Assembly: GCA_046563655.1 (NCBI GenBank)
Contig: CM102285.1
Span: 14,384,001-14,448,000 of the forward strand
Direction of reading: 5' to 3'
DNA length: 64,000 nt
DNA from: Yuukianura sp. NJ FZ-2021
Lineage: Eukaryota
Shown here piece after piece: positions 39,201 through 52,800 of this stretch. A program made the position numbers and the translations under genes. Within the stretch, counting starts at the first letter, position 1. Every line of letters starts with the position of its first letter. The notes beneath the pieces were generated by a model, which made no database searches, had not been told where the DNA came from, and saw nothing but the letters and a program-made list of their open reading frames with translations.

Positions 39201-42200
39201 GCAAATTTAAGAACGACTCCCCTAACCTATTATTTTCAAAAAAGTTTTTTGAAAGTTAAGTTTTTTCTATAAATTTCTGTGTTTCTGTGTTTTAGGGGAC
39301 CATTTTGGCATGAGGAACTCTGCTCTGTACTGTCAACAACACTACGAACTAGTATTAGATGAACCCTCCTGTGAGCCACCATCGCCCCACCAACTCAACT
39401 TTTTCAATGGGGCTGGAACGGGGCAAAAGGGGCGGCCGAGAAAGAGAAACAAAGACACCACGCTCATTCCTACGCCACCAATCGGTAAGGTCAAAGGTCA
39501 ACGCCATTTACTAAAAATTACACACAATACTTACTCAATTCTCAAAGAAAACTAGGTCCGAGAAATCCATCCGTGGAATTAACAATGTTATGTTATTGAA
39601 AAACCAAAATTAAGCTAGTCTGCGCTTTAAATATTTCTGAAATCAAAATTTTGTAATCGTTTAGTATTGCGCTTAGCAAAAGAAAAGTTGCACTTTGTTG
39701 ATTTCAAGGTCAAAGGTCAACGCCATTTACTAAAAATTATACACAAAATTACTCAATTCTCAGAAAAAAAAAACTAGGTCGGAGACAGGGTTTAAGGTAT
39801 CCATAGATGACATTGGCAATGTTATGTTATGGGTAAACCAAAATTAAGTTTGCGCTTTAAATTCTGAAATCAAAATTTTGAAATTATTGTTTAGTATTCT
39901 ATACCAAAAAAAAAGTTGCGCTTTTTTGATTTCAACGTCAAAGGTCAACGTCATTGAAAATTTTAGCTAAAAGTGCCTCAATTCTAACAAAATTTAAAAA
40001 CTAGATTCTTGAAATCTAGATGCGAGATTATATTGAAATGTTATTTTTTCTTTTATTCTAGACGAGAGTAAGTACTGTTCTGCATAAATTTTTTGGAATC
40101 AAAATTTCGGAACTTTTTTTTTGGTTTTGGAGGAAATCAAAAAATTTAGACAAAAGCTACAACGTATGCAGATAGAATCTACGTTGATTTTTTCTAAAGT
40201 TAACAATGGGAAAGACCTTGTACTTTTTCCCATTTTTGGATTTTTTTTTAATTGTTTTTTTGTAATGCAGTATTTTTAGCAGTGTCCTCTGTTTTCCCCT
40301 TAAAGTAAAATCCCAGTACCGTAAATTTTCGAATAATCGGTGTTACTGGAAAGAAGCGCCAGGCATAAACGCCGCTCTAATAACTTTCCGCTGTCAGCGT
40401 TCGTTCAAGCTGAAATTTGATTTGCAGTTGAAGAATTTTTTGGTTTGCACCGTAAAACTTCGCAGATACTTGGGCGCTTAAATCTGCTACAAGCACAATA
40501 TGAGTAGTTTTACGGTACTTTTGGAGTTTGTTTGTGGGAATGGAGTATTATGTTAATATTTTGCGTTGGTAATTGTGACAATGTCAATTGCGGGAAGCGT
40601 CTGATTGTTGGAAGAGGCTAACAGGACAAGTATGGAGAGAGTACTGGTGAATGCTGAATGATTTGCGTGTCTCCTTCCCATCACCGGAAACAGTTAACAG
40701 AAGTGGAGTGGAAAACATGTGCGTGTCACTTATAAGGTTGACTACCGTGAGGACGCCACTTCCACCGAACTCCTCATTACGAACACTGTTCCCTCCAACC
40801 ACTTATTCTAAACCACTAAAATTATAAATCAACATCCACTTTTTAAGAAAAATACACCAAAAGTTACAAAAAGTTGGAAAAGTCTTTGTTTTTTGGATTA
40901 AAAAGTGTCACTTTCTAAGAAAAACAAAAGTCGCTTTTCCTTTTTCCGTTCTTCGAAAAGTTCCAACTTCCAAATCATGATGAATTTGGTTGAACATTTT
41001 CTAAACATGTTTGAACTTTTGAACAATTTTTTAAAACATGAGCGTTTGAACAGCAGGGAGTTTTTAGTACCAAGTTAAAGAAAAGCGAATTCAATTCAAA
41101 ACAGCGTTTTTTTGCCGCTGAGCTTGCAGCGGGAGGTGATCGCTGCGATGTTTGTTGGTTTTCTTTTTCTTTCGGCTTGTTTAAGGAACCGCGCCCTCCC
41201 TTAAGTTTTGTTAAGCTTTTGATTCATGATCTCAAATAAATTACATCTGTGGAACAAGCAAGAGGAGAATAAGGGCCTTTCTGGGCAAGAGGGGGCCCTT
41301 AGATGGAACTTCCAAGGCTCCCTTAAGGACTCCCTGAAGTGGAAACAAGAAAAAACTGTTTGAATTTTGCAAACTTTACTAAAAATTCAATGAGAAGGTT
41401 TTAATCCCGGAATGATCTGAATTTTTACTTATGTCAACAAGTGCGACGGAGAGAAGTTATTGACTGGCGTCAAAGTTAACCTGCTGACTGAAGTGACCTT
41501 TGACCTTTGCGTGATGCAAAGCATTTAGGTACTGCGACTGCGCAGTATCAAATAAAAAAAAACTGATTATAGTGGTTGGTGAAGAGAATTTTACCCCTTA
41601 GAGCTTGATTGAAACGTTTTCATTAATCAAGTTGAAATTTTGAAGTTTTGAGAAAGTTCAAGTTTACTTGATGATCATTTTTACAAAAATCTTGTTTGTT
41701 TTTTTCAGATTTACTAACAAATCCGGATAGTCTGCGGATGGAAGGCTACGAGTCAAGTTCGAGTTCCTGTCCAGGAAATAATCAGCAGCGGACGAAGCGC
41801 ATGCGCACCTCCTTCAAGCACAATCAACTCAGGACGATGAAGACGTACTTCGGAATGAATCAGAATCCGGATGCCAAAGATCTCAAAAACCTCGCACAAA
41901 AAACCGGACTCAGCAAACGCGTTCTCCAGGTGAGTTCTTTAAAAAAAAGTTGAAAAGATTCAATTATCAATGCAAGTTGTTCAATCATCTTCAAAGATCT
42001 TGAAAGATCAGAGGAGGGAGTAACTTATTAAATACACTGGCGGCAGTATTTGAAAAGATGATGAAAGGATTTGACCTAATCTTTGACTTTTACCATTTCT
42101 CTTTACATGTTTCCACTTGTCAAGAACATTTCAATTCAACTTTTTACTTAAAAATAAAACGATTTTTCATTTCAATTTCGTGCTTTTTTAATGAAAATGA

Positions 42201-43147
42201 TGAATTTTCTAATTTTTTTTTAAATGAAAATGATGAATTTTGGAAATTTCATTTTTTCAATTCTGTGTTTTAGGTTTGGTTTCAAAATGCAAGAGCAAAA
42301 TTTAGACGGAACATGGTACGAAGTGAAGGTTCAGTGAGCGGAGGTAATTCATCATGTTTCTTACATAAATTTTTGATTTTCATCTTGTTCAAACAATTTT
42401 CTCAAACATTTTTCATTTTTAACATTCAAAAGTTATTTCCTCCACTTTAAAATATTTCAATTTCCAACGCCCTTGTTTCACTTTTTTTAAGAGAGAAGTT
42501 GAACTTTCTTCTGGTTCAAAAGTTTCGTTTTTTGGTCAAATTTCATTTCACGGTGGTTTGACACTTCCAAAACTTTTGGACTTTTTTGAAACTTTTTGAA
42601 GGATGAGTGGTTGATCTTGATCAATTTTGGAGCAGTGTACTCGAAAAGTAACTTTTGGAGACATTTCTTTCAATCTCGACTGAAAAAGTGACTTTTGGAG
42701 ACATTTTTTTTCAAACTGGACTCAAAAAGTGACTTTTGGAGACATTTTTTGAAACTTGACTCAACAAGTAACGTTGTGAAACATTTCTTTTGTTTGAGAG
42801 TAAAACTCGATTGATTGATGACAGAGTACGAAGGAAGACCAGAATTTCAACTATTTGGTCTGGCTCTTCTCAATGTCAATTGTCAAGATCTCTTCGTCTT
42901 GATCTCAATCTACTCCTGAACATTTTTTCTGACCATTTTTGTTTTGACAGAGTTCCTTAACTTTAATTGGTTAACTTTAACAAGTTTAAGTAAAACGTAA
43001 CATAACAAAACAGGAAAAAGTAACTTTTTGGAATTTTTATTTGGTTGAATCGTAGGCGGAACGACCCCAACGCGACCAGAAGATTTTACTACTGGAACAG
43101 AACTGTTGCATTCCGATGATGGTGGATTCTCTTCCGACATTTACTAA
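36290..43147 (+). CDS. ap: LIM-homeobox protein apterous (Lhx2/9 class)
   Basis: LIM1 CSGCGLRILDRFYLQAVEKQWHDDCLRCHVC (36290-36525), LIM2 CGRCSGGIGSQELVMRAKELVFHLNCFVC (~38697-38842), GQKGRPRKR linker, homeodomain TKRMRTSFKHNQLRTMKTYFGMNQNPDAKDLKNLAQKTGLSKRVLQ|VWFQNARAKFRR. Last exon ends TAA 43145-43147. The start codon is uncertain. Confidence 0.93.
37370..37515. repeat. 21-bp minisatellite in apterous intron
   Basis: About 7 copies of aatatt(t/g)cccggtcaagagtc. Confidence 0.8.
39487..40010. repeat. ~220-230-bp diverged tandem duplication (2-3 units) in apterous intron
   Basis: aaggtcaaaggtcaacgccatttactaaaaatta at ~39487 and ~39706, degenerate third start at ~39934; shared ctcaattct, aaactag, aaccaaaattaag, gaaatcaaaatttt blocks. 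Confidence 0.8.
40319..40515. mobile_element. Degenerate Tc1/mariner-type (CCGTA-terminus) MITE
   Basis: TA|CCGTAAA...TTTACGG|TA: short terminal inverted repeat flanked by TA on both sides; interior poorly palindromic. Confidence 0.45.
42640..42790. repeat. ~40-bp degenerate tandem repeat
   Basis: About 4 copies of act..aaaagt(g/a)acttttggagacattt. Confidence 0.7.
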
Positions 43148-46100
43148 AATCCTGGCGCCAAAACTCGTTTTTTGGAAGGTTCAAAAAAGTCAATTAATTT
43201 AAGCTTTTAAGGTTATTTAGCTAAAAGTAAAGCAAAAAACGGAGCGTGTCTGTAATTGTAAAGACAAAAGGCCCACCTTAACATATCCTAAAACTAAAAC
43301 GCTGTAAGCATGAAACAATTAACTTAATTGCAATTTAATTAAACCAAGATCAATTTTAACTTTTTTTGGAGTCTACGAGAACTTTACTTTTTTGCAGTTT
43401 CTGGATTTAATTACAGATGTACCCACGAGGGGTGCTTTTGCTTTAGTTCAACCAAAATAGAATATTTGAGTCAAAATCGATTTTGCGTTGGTTGACTTAA
43501 AAAAGTATTCTTTTTTCAATTTTTGGGTTGAATGACAAGTGTACCCGCCGGGTATATTTTTGCCTTACTTCAACCAAATAATAATGATGATCTGAAAAAT
43601 CGTGAATCATCATCATCATTACCAGCACCACGAAAACCCTCAGTTGAGTTGATTTGTATGATTTTCAAAGGAGGAAGTAACTATTCTCTCTTTTTACTAC
43701 TGCGTAAGTGCAGAGAAAGCAAAAATTGTACACAAGGAATGACAGAAGCACTCGACAGGAACTTGAGCTCTCTTTTCTTTTCTCAATTTTTTTTGAGTTT
43801 TTTTTTGAAAGTCTGTGAAGGATGAATCTCTCTCTCGAGATTCGGGGAGGGAAGTGTTGTTGCTTAATGAAGAGTTGCCCCTGACAACGGCCTTTCGTCT
43901 CCATCTCGCTCTCTGCCTCTCTTTCGGTGAGAAAGTATTTATATAAGTAATAGGCCCCACCCACCCTTGGAAACAGCGAGGGGAAATGGAAAACATAACA
44001 TTCTCGGAGGATTTTTTAGTGTAAGGGCCCACCCGCGCCACCCGAGTAGTGCTAAAAGTGGGGCCATGAATTCAATGTTTGAGGTGCTTTTCAAAGAAAA
44101 CAACTAAAATCGTAACAGGAAAATTTTTGAAGCGAAAATTCTGAAAAAACATTCGTTATTTCTTGGAAACTTTTCGGGTTGGACTAAGGGAAAAACAGCA
44201 TGTTTGTAACTTGTTAAAAAAATTTGTAAACCTGGGATTTTTATACAAATTGTGCGTAAAACTTTAAAGCAAACACTCATTTCTAAACATTTGGAAGTAT
44301 CATTTGCTAAGCAAACGTTTGCTCAAAGGATTTCAAAGGCGAAGCCGTTACATCAACATGCTAGGTAGAAAAAAAACCAATGCCATACAGAAAAAAAATG
44401 AAAACGTCTAAACTTTTGAAAATAAGTTTGTAGTTCCTTGGTATGGAATCATTTTACTTTCCAATTTTCAAAATTACGAAATCCGAAATCGTTTGTACGG
44501 AAAATGAATTTCATTTCTTGGACGAGTTTTTGATTTTCGGTTTCTAAAATCCAGTTTTTGAGTAGAAATTCACCACAATAAGATTTTTTTACTAAATTTT
44601 CCGAGGAACTACAAAAAAAAAAGGAGACAAAAAGTTTTTTCTTCTTCATGTTTTTTTTTGTTGATTTCGTGGGAATGCATTTTTTAAAGTCTGTGAAACG
44701 ATTGGTTCAAATGCATAATAAAGCCATAAATCCTTCTGAATTGTTCTGGATTTTGAAGTTGTGGAATTAACTTTTTCCTTACGTCAACCTTATCCTCTCT
44801 CATCATCAACTGCTTCTCATAAGACCTTATATGACTCTCACCAACAACCAAAACCATCTTCATAATCAAAAAAACTAAAATAAAGATCACAGATAACCGA
44901 TATTACAAAAGGAAAAGTGAAAAAAAAAAATGAAAAAAAAATCTGTGGAGTAATAAATAGTTTCGGCTAAAAAAAATACAGAGACGGAACTTACTACACC
45001 AAAAACAGTTTTTGTTATGTTAAAAGTGTACCGATTATGTTATGTTGAACTTATGTTGAAGTTATGTTTTTGATTACTAGGTTTAGAAGAATGAGAGTAA
45101 TTTGAAGATTTCGCACCGTTTCGGGCATTTGCCCCTCATAAGAACAGTGAAAATTAATTGAATGAGGCCTAATTACAGGCTATCAGAAACCATGAGGGCA
45201 CTCATGCTTTCAATTTCATTTTAAATTGTTTTTCTTATAAAATTTAAAAAAAAAAAGTATAAGTAGGAAACTGCGGTGGTCATCAAAACTTCCTTTGAAG
45301 AAGAAATTTGGCCGTTGAAGGTGTAAATCCTCTTATCATTTTTTTCCTGCCGTAAAGTGTGAATTAAATGAAACCAGAAGCTCACTTCAATTTTCCATGG
45401 AAGTTGAAAGAACTTGATTTAAATTAATGAAGAATTACAAAGTTGAAGAAAAATCAAGACAGCGAGACGAAGAGTTGGGGGATGAAAGAAAACTGGTTAA
45501 ACAGTAGCTCAACAACTTGAAACTTTGATTTTATAAGACAGGAACACAAAACAACTCACATAAAAATGAATGAAGTTCGTTTCAACTTAGGAAGTTGCAA
45601 CTTGCAAGAGAAAAAGTTGAAGTTTTATGGGGGTGAAATCTTAGTTCAAACAACTCGGTAAGGGGTGGGTGGGGGTGAGTTTTACTTTTGCATTATTGCA
45701 TTTCTTTTCAAGAAAAGTAAATAAAAACGACTTTTGCAAAAAAAAAAAAAGAAGAAGAAGCTATGTTTTGCATTTTTTTAGGCGGGAGAACATGAGAGGG
45801 TGGGTTTTGCTTTTGCATTTCAAGAAAAATGAAAACTTCTTTTGCGAAAAAAAATAGTTGCAAAAAAATTTCATACTAAAGTTTTGCATTGTTTTAAAGC
45901 AGGAGAAAGTTAGGAGGTGACGGTGAGTTCTACAAAATCAAGGGGGATGAAAACGAATTTTGCAAAAATGTGCTAAAACATTTTTTTTTTGAAGAGGTGA
46001 CTTTTCGAGGGGGTTGAATTTGTTTTTTCCGAAAATTGAAATCATTGACTGCGTGTGATAAAGGGGGATGAATAATTTTTTTCTCATGAAACTATATGCC

Positions 46101-46897
46101 AAGGGGGTGAGTTTTTGTCAGCAGTGGTTGTGGTCACCAAATTCGTTTTTTGAACCAGAGGTCATGCGGAGGACAAAGTGTCATTGAAGGGGGGATGAAA
46201 ATCCGGAAGAGAGGGGGGGGGGGGTTGAAAATCTGAGGGGGGGGGTTGAAATCGTGAGGGGGTGAGAATGAATGAGGAATCAAGAGGGTGAAAACAAATT
46301 GTTTTCCGGAGAGCACGTGCCTGTGCCGGTTCTTAATAGACTCCACGGTCCACGGTCCGCCGTGTTCTGCGTTTAGCCTTTGTTCAACTTTGTTCAAATG
46401 AGGCCTGACATGGACACGCGACTTCTTACTGATACTTCCTACTAAAACCAGCAACATGATCCGCTTGTTTGAACAAAGATTTTGAACAAAAAAGTTTTGT
46501 TCTAAAAACTTTGTGAAACAAAGTGAAAGCACAGTGAGTGAAAAGTGAGGATCAAGAGGGATTTCTCAGCAGTTTGAACAGCAGCAGCATCAACAGTAAT
46601 CCGGAATTTGAAATCGGCTTTTCTACTTTCGAAAAACTTTCAAAACACAATTTTTCAAAAAAAATTATGAAATAAAAACTCCCGGTTTCCACAGCAACAC
46701 TTGAGATCATACTGGAATTGGAAATTTGAAGCAAACTTAAATTTTCCAGAACAAAAACGTATATTGAAAGCCAAAAATAATCTTCGAGCAATTGTTACTT
46801 TACAATAGATTTTTGTATAATTTTTGTTTGGAGGAAAAGAATCGAAAGTAATCAAAAAATTGGAAGTAATCAAAGGTAATCGATTACTTTTGACACA

Positions 46898-49800
46898 ATG
46901 AGTGACGACTCTGAAATGGAATACGACGATGACGAGGACAGTGATGACGATTACGAAGATGCAGAAGAAGAGCCAAACATTTTGGAAATACTTGAAGCGC
47001 GTGCTCAAGCGGAAAAGTTCGAACCGGAAGAGCCAGAACAAGAAGAACCAGTACCGAAAAAAGTTCGACGCAAAACTCCCGAATACGATCCGATCCGCAA
47101 GGAACAAGATCTGGAACTGTTGGTACTACGGAAGCCGACTAAAAACGACCGAATCGCTGACGGTGTGCCGAAACCGGTCAAACCGGCTTTACCGACCAAT
47201 CCGCTTCCTAGATGGCGCCTTCTCAACTTGGATGAAAAAGTTCCGCTCGTTCCAGCTCCGAATGGAACTTTTGTCAACTTTAGAGCCGAAGTTTCTAAAC
47301 CTGTAAATTTTAAAATTGACTTTCCTGAAATTTTTGCAAGGTCAAGGTCACCTCGATTTAAATGTTATTTAGCTCTACGTCCAGAACAACTATGGTTTTG
47401 ACACCTCAGATCCATTCATGCATGAAACAACCACTGGCTACACGGCTCTGCACGATCCACACCTCAAGTACTTTTTTCAAACACAGCCGAATTTGTTCAA
47501 ACGGCTAATTGGCATGGGGCTGTTGACCCCCAAGGGGGAGGTCATCTGCACTTTAGCTGAATTGAACAAGTACAGACTCTACATGAGTCGAATTCACAAG
47601 CTTCAGTTGTCAGCCGAGAGGCAGAAACAGGTTTGTTGACCTTTGACCATTTTGATTTTTGACCATTTTAACTTTTGACCACTTTGACCTTTCAGACTTT
47701 GGTAACTTTAACCTTTGACCAACAGTTTGCCCCTCATCCTGGAAATTTCTATGATTATTTTGAACCCTTGGTATTGACAATTTTGGTTTTTGCCTATTTT
47801 GACCTTTTTGAATTAGGTCATTTTGACCATCTTGCCTTTGGCACAAACAGAGCACAAAACTCTGATCCTTGAAATTTCTAAGGATAATTTGACTCTGGGT
47901 TTTGACAATTCTAGTTTTTGACTTTTTTTTTTACCTTGGACAGCGCGACCATTTTGACTTTTGACCATTTTGACCATGGCTTTGACAAATTATGGCTTTC
48001 ATCTTAACTTAACTTGACTTTTGATTTATTTTGACTTTTGACATATTTTTTATTTGACTTTTGACAATTTTGACTTTTTGTCTTTGACCTTCTCTAACTT
48101 AATTTCAGGAAGAATGGGACAATTGCCAGAAAAAACACATCAAGAGCGTTGAAGATGCGATTCGAAGAGACATTCGGCTCAAGCGTAACGAATTGCGGCT
48201 TCTACGCAGACTCCAAATATTGCAAGACAATGAACGAAGGTAATCCTGATGACCTTGACCTTTGACCTTTCTTAAAATCACAGTAATTTTTGTAGAATAC
48301 AAGCACTAAGGGCCAAATGGAGAGAGCACCCAAGCAACAATTACGCTGAGACAAGAGCACATGAACAAAGCATGGCAAAGAGAATTCGCGAATTGAAACG
48401 AGCACATGTCGCCCGTCGCATCGCAGCTCTTCGCGAATCGCAACAAAAGAGAATCAAGCGTATCATTTTACACATTTTATGCGAAGAAGAATTTTCTGAA
48501 CAACTCCGAGCGTTCCTCTGCACTCAAAAATTTGTTAACCACCAAGCAGATGTAATTCAAATCACTAACTTTTACAAAAACCAAAATCAATTTTTTGAAA
48601 AACCGTTTTTTGAAATTTCAGCTCAAAAGTTTTTCAGAGAATAAGAGACGCTACCAAGAAGACAAGATACGCTACCACACTGCTCTTCTGCGTCGAAATG
48701 TCATCGAACGGAAATGTCGCATCAGAAATCGCGAATTGGGCTACACGTTAATTGCACAAAGAGAAAAAGAACTTGCGACAAGAAAAAAAGTTCAAAAAAA
48801 GTTGAAAGCTGAAAGGGAAATGTACTTGATGGAAAAATATGGACGTCATTGGCTCCGATTAGTAAGTTTTCAAAATCCAAAATTTCGAAAATCAAAATTT
48901 TCAAAATTTTGAACTTTTCTTTTTTAGACAAGACGATACCACCAAAACGAAGCTCACCAAAGTCTGTGGAAAGCTCGCAATGTACTGGTGGAAGGAAACA
49001 AAACGTTGAAGGAATTTGCACAATGTGAAGGCATTGGACTCGGAAATCTGATGCAGACTTTACTCGGGAAAAAACTTGGAACAACGACCAATATTCGAAA
49101 AAATTTGGTAAATTTCAAAATTTTTTCAAAAATTTTGAAAAGGAAATCCTGATAATTTTTTGTATTTTTGCAGGATGAAGCAGCAGACGACACTTACGCA
49201 GAGATGCTTGAAAAATTGTCGCAGTGCGTCATAAATTATGTCGTAGAGGAGGCGGGAAAGAAAATTTTAGATTACGTTTGTCGTGAGGGCATTGACCCCA
49301 AAGACTTGGTCAAACCGGTAATTCCGAACCGAAAACGAAACCAAATTCAACTCGAACCGCCGCACCGACCTTGTTCCGGTCCGTGTGCACAATTCGGTCG
49401 TGGAGAGGAATGGGCACGTCGATGCGGGAAAATGACGCAGGAACTGACGAGTTTGAAAACTGAACTGAAAAAGAATCTGAACAAAAAGTTATCAGGACTT
49501 TTACGACGCGGACTGAAATCGGATGATGACTGGAGTAAAACTTCAACAAAAATTCCAAAATTTTGAACTTTTTTTTAATTTTTTTTTTTTTTTGAAACAG
49601 AGAAATTTCGAGACAATGTGTCCCGGGTTGAGAGTAACGCTGACATTGTCACAGCAATTGACACTGTCGCTGGAATTACGATGGACCGAGCAAGTCCGAA
49701 TCCAGCCAATCCAAAAATGCAAAAAGATTTCCAAGATTACGCTACAACGAAAATCGCCAAATCTTTAACGGTACAATTTTTGAAAAAAGTTTGAAAAAAT

Positions 49801-52800
49801 TTTGATTCAAAAGACTTTTTTGAATTTTTTTTTTTTTGAAACTTGCTTTGCAGGATGGACTGGACACAGATGATATCACGAAGGTCAGAAAACCGAGTCG
49901 TGAAATTCCGAAAAAATCTTCAGTATCGAAAGGATCCGAACAACTGAACGAAATTGAAACGGTCAGAAAAAAATCAACTCCTTCTGGAATTCCCAAAGAC
50001 GCAACAAGCAAACCATCTCCAGGTTTTTTCAAAATCCAAAGTTTAAATTCTGACACTTTTTGAAATTTCGTTTTTTTTTAAAGATGATTCTAAACCGGGG
50101 AAGAGCACTGAGAAATCTGATAAGGATTCCAACTTAACTGTTTTGAATGAGCCAATCGCCGATGAGGAAGGCCAACCGCTTCAAGATTCTGGGCAAGTTC
50201 CAGCACCATCTTCTGAAATTCCAATCACTGCAAAAACCAGCGAAGTACCAATCGCAGAGCAACCAAAAGATGCAAGTCTCATGCCTGAAAAATCCAAAGA
50301 AGCAGGGCCACTCGCTGAAAAGACAAATGAGGCAGCCCAAATTTCTGAAAAACCGAAAGAAGCAGTGCCAATTTCTGAAAAACAGAAAGAAGCAGTGCCA
50401 ATTTCTGAAAAACAGAAAGAAGCCGTGCCAATTTCTGAAAAAGCGGGAGAAGCAACGTCAACTACTGAAAAACCAGGAGAAGCGCCAATCACAGAACAGC
50501 AAGGAGAAGGCGGGCCAATCACTGAAGAAGAAACAGATCAAACTTCTTCCCAAGTTCTAGCCCCGGCAACCGAAATTCCTGTCGCTGAAAAACCAAAAGA
50601 AGCTCCAGTTACAGAAAAGCCAAAAGACGAAGCTCCAGCTACTGAAAAGTCAAAAGACGAAGCTCCAATCGCTGACAAGTCAAAAGGAGTTCCAGCTACT
50701 GACAAATCAAAAGAAGCTCCGATCGCTGAAAAATCTAAGGAGCCCGTCAGTGCTGAGTCTGCCCAAGTGCCAGCACCATCTTCCGACATTCCAATTGCCG
50801 AAAAGCCTACTGAGGCACCAGTTTCCGAAAAACCAGCAGAAGCAGTTCCAATCGCTGAAAAACCAGCAGAACCAATCAGCGTTGCAGGAGAACAGCCAGT
50901 TCAAGGACTTGTGGACGTCCCACGGCCATCTTCCGAACTTCCAGTAACTGAAAAAGAAAAAGAGGCTCCAATCTCTGAAAAACCAACAGAAGCAACATCA
51001 ATCCCCGAGACAGCAGAAGAGCCAATCAGCGTTGGAGAAGATCAACCGCCTCAAACTTCTGGACAAGTTCCAGCACCGACGTCTGAAACTCCTGTAACTG
51101 AAAAGTCAACAGAAGAAGCACCAATTACTGGAAAAGAAGAAGAAGGAGCACCAATTACTGAAAAACCAAGAGATTCAATCACTGAGAAGGAAAAACAAGG
51201 AGAGCCAATCAATGAAAAGGAAAAAGAGCCAATCAGCGGCGAGGAAGAAAAACCACCTCGAGGTTCTAAAGAAGTTCCAGCGCCATCTTCAGAAATTCCA
51301 GCTACTGAAAAACCAACTGAAGGAGCACCAATTTCTGAAAAACCGCTTGGAGGTACTGAGGAAGAACAATCCGCCGAAGGTCCAGTGCCACCTTCCGAAA
51401 CTCCAGCTACTGAAAAAACAAAAGAAGGTGAGCCAATCGCTGAAACTCCAACAGAAACAGCTCCAGAAACTGACAAACCAACAGAACAACCAGGAGAGCC
51501 AACCGCTAAGAAGTCAACAGGAGAGGAGCCAAGTACTGAAAAACGAACATCAGAGGAACCAATCAAAGAAAAAACAGAAGAACAGCCAATCGCTGAAGGA
51601 TTTACAGAAGAACAGCCAATCACTGAAGGAACCCCAGAACAACAGCCAATCACTGAAGGATCTCCAGAACAACAGCCAATCACTGAAGCATCTACAGAGG
51701 AACAGTCAATCGCTGATTCAGCAGCGGAGGGAGCCCCGATCGCTGAAAAATCGGGAGAACCAATCGCTGAAAAGCCGATTACTGAAACTTCAAAAGAAGA
51801 AGAATCGATTACTGAAACTTCAAAGGAAGAAGAATCGATTACTGAAACTTCGGCACAAGAAGAGCCGATCACTGAAACTTCAAAATCAGAAGAACCAATC
51901 ACTGAACAGCAAACAGCAGGAGAGCCAATCACAGAAAAACAAGGACAAGAGCCAATCACTGAACCACAAACAGAAGAAGCCGCAATCGCTGAAAATGAAG
52001 AACAAGAACAAAGAATCGCTGAAAACGAAGAAGATGAACAGCGAATCGCTGAAAACGAGCAAGAGGCAGAGGGAATGGGTGAAAAACCACCAAAATCAGC
52101 GTTTTCAGGCGACTTATCAGAATGTGTCACCGGAAAAATCAGCGAAATTGTTCAAAGAGCAATTCGTGCCGCTTGTGGTCAGGTTTGTCCTGCACCAAAA
52201 TCAGCCCAACCGTGTAACGACCAGGCAATTCTGGACAACTACGCAGCAAAACTGACTGCCCAAGCTCTCCAACAAGCATGCGCAACTCGCGATACCGGAT
52301 CAGGTCCAGATCAGCCCAGAGTGTCGTCAGGTGACTGGACACAATGCTTGGCCAACAAGGCAGGCGACATTGTCCGGAAAGCTATTCTGGAAGGAAGGGC
52401 AGATCAACTGGCTTCTGCAGCGCTGCAACACGCCTGTGCAACTCGAGATGCCGCCCAAAATCCGGAAGTATCTTCCGGGTACATATCGGAGTGTTTGAGT
52501 GCAAATGCCAGCGATTTGGTTCACAAAGCGATTTGTGCTGCTTGTGGTGAAATTCACACAGCGTCACAACCTTGCGACGAATCAAAAGTTCTGGAAGGCT
52601 ATGCAGAACAAATCGCTGCTGGAGCGCTGAAGCAAGCCCAACAAACAAAGGTGCTGGAGAACTATGCTGACAAAATCGCTGCTGGAGCTTTGCAGCGCGC
52701 TTGTGCAGATCGACCAGCAACTTTAGAGACATATGCAGACAAAATCGCTGCTGGAGCTTTGCAGCGTGCAAACGCAGATCGACCAGCGATTCTGGAGAAC

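Noticed and set aside
43665..44041. Minus-strand ORFs with nearby TATA-like and GA-rich tracts downstream of apterous
   Set aside because: Low-complexity translation; may be regulatory DNA, but nothing in the sequence supports a specific call.
44684..44890. 68-aa minus-strand ORF with hydrophobic N-terminus (possible neuropeptide precursor)
   Set aside because: GTG start in AT-rich DNA, no recognisable neuropeptide motif or amidation signal, and no convincing exon structure.
51051..52255. Long alternative-frame ORFs (359 aa minus, 347 aa plus)
   Set aside because: Shadows of the repetitive, low-complexity FSIP2-like exon.
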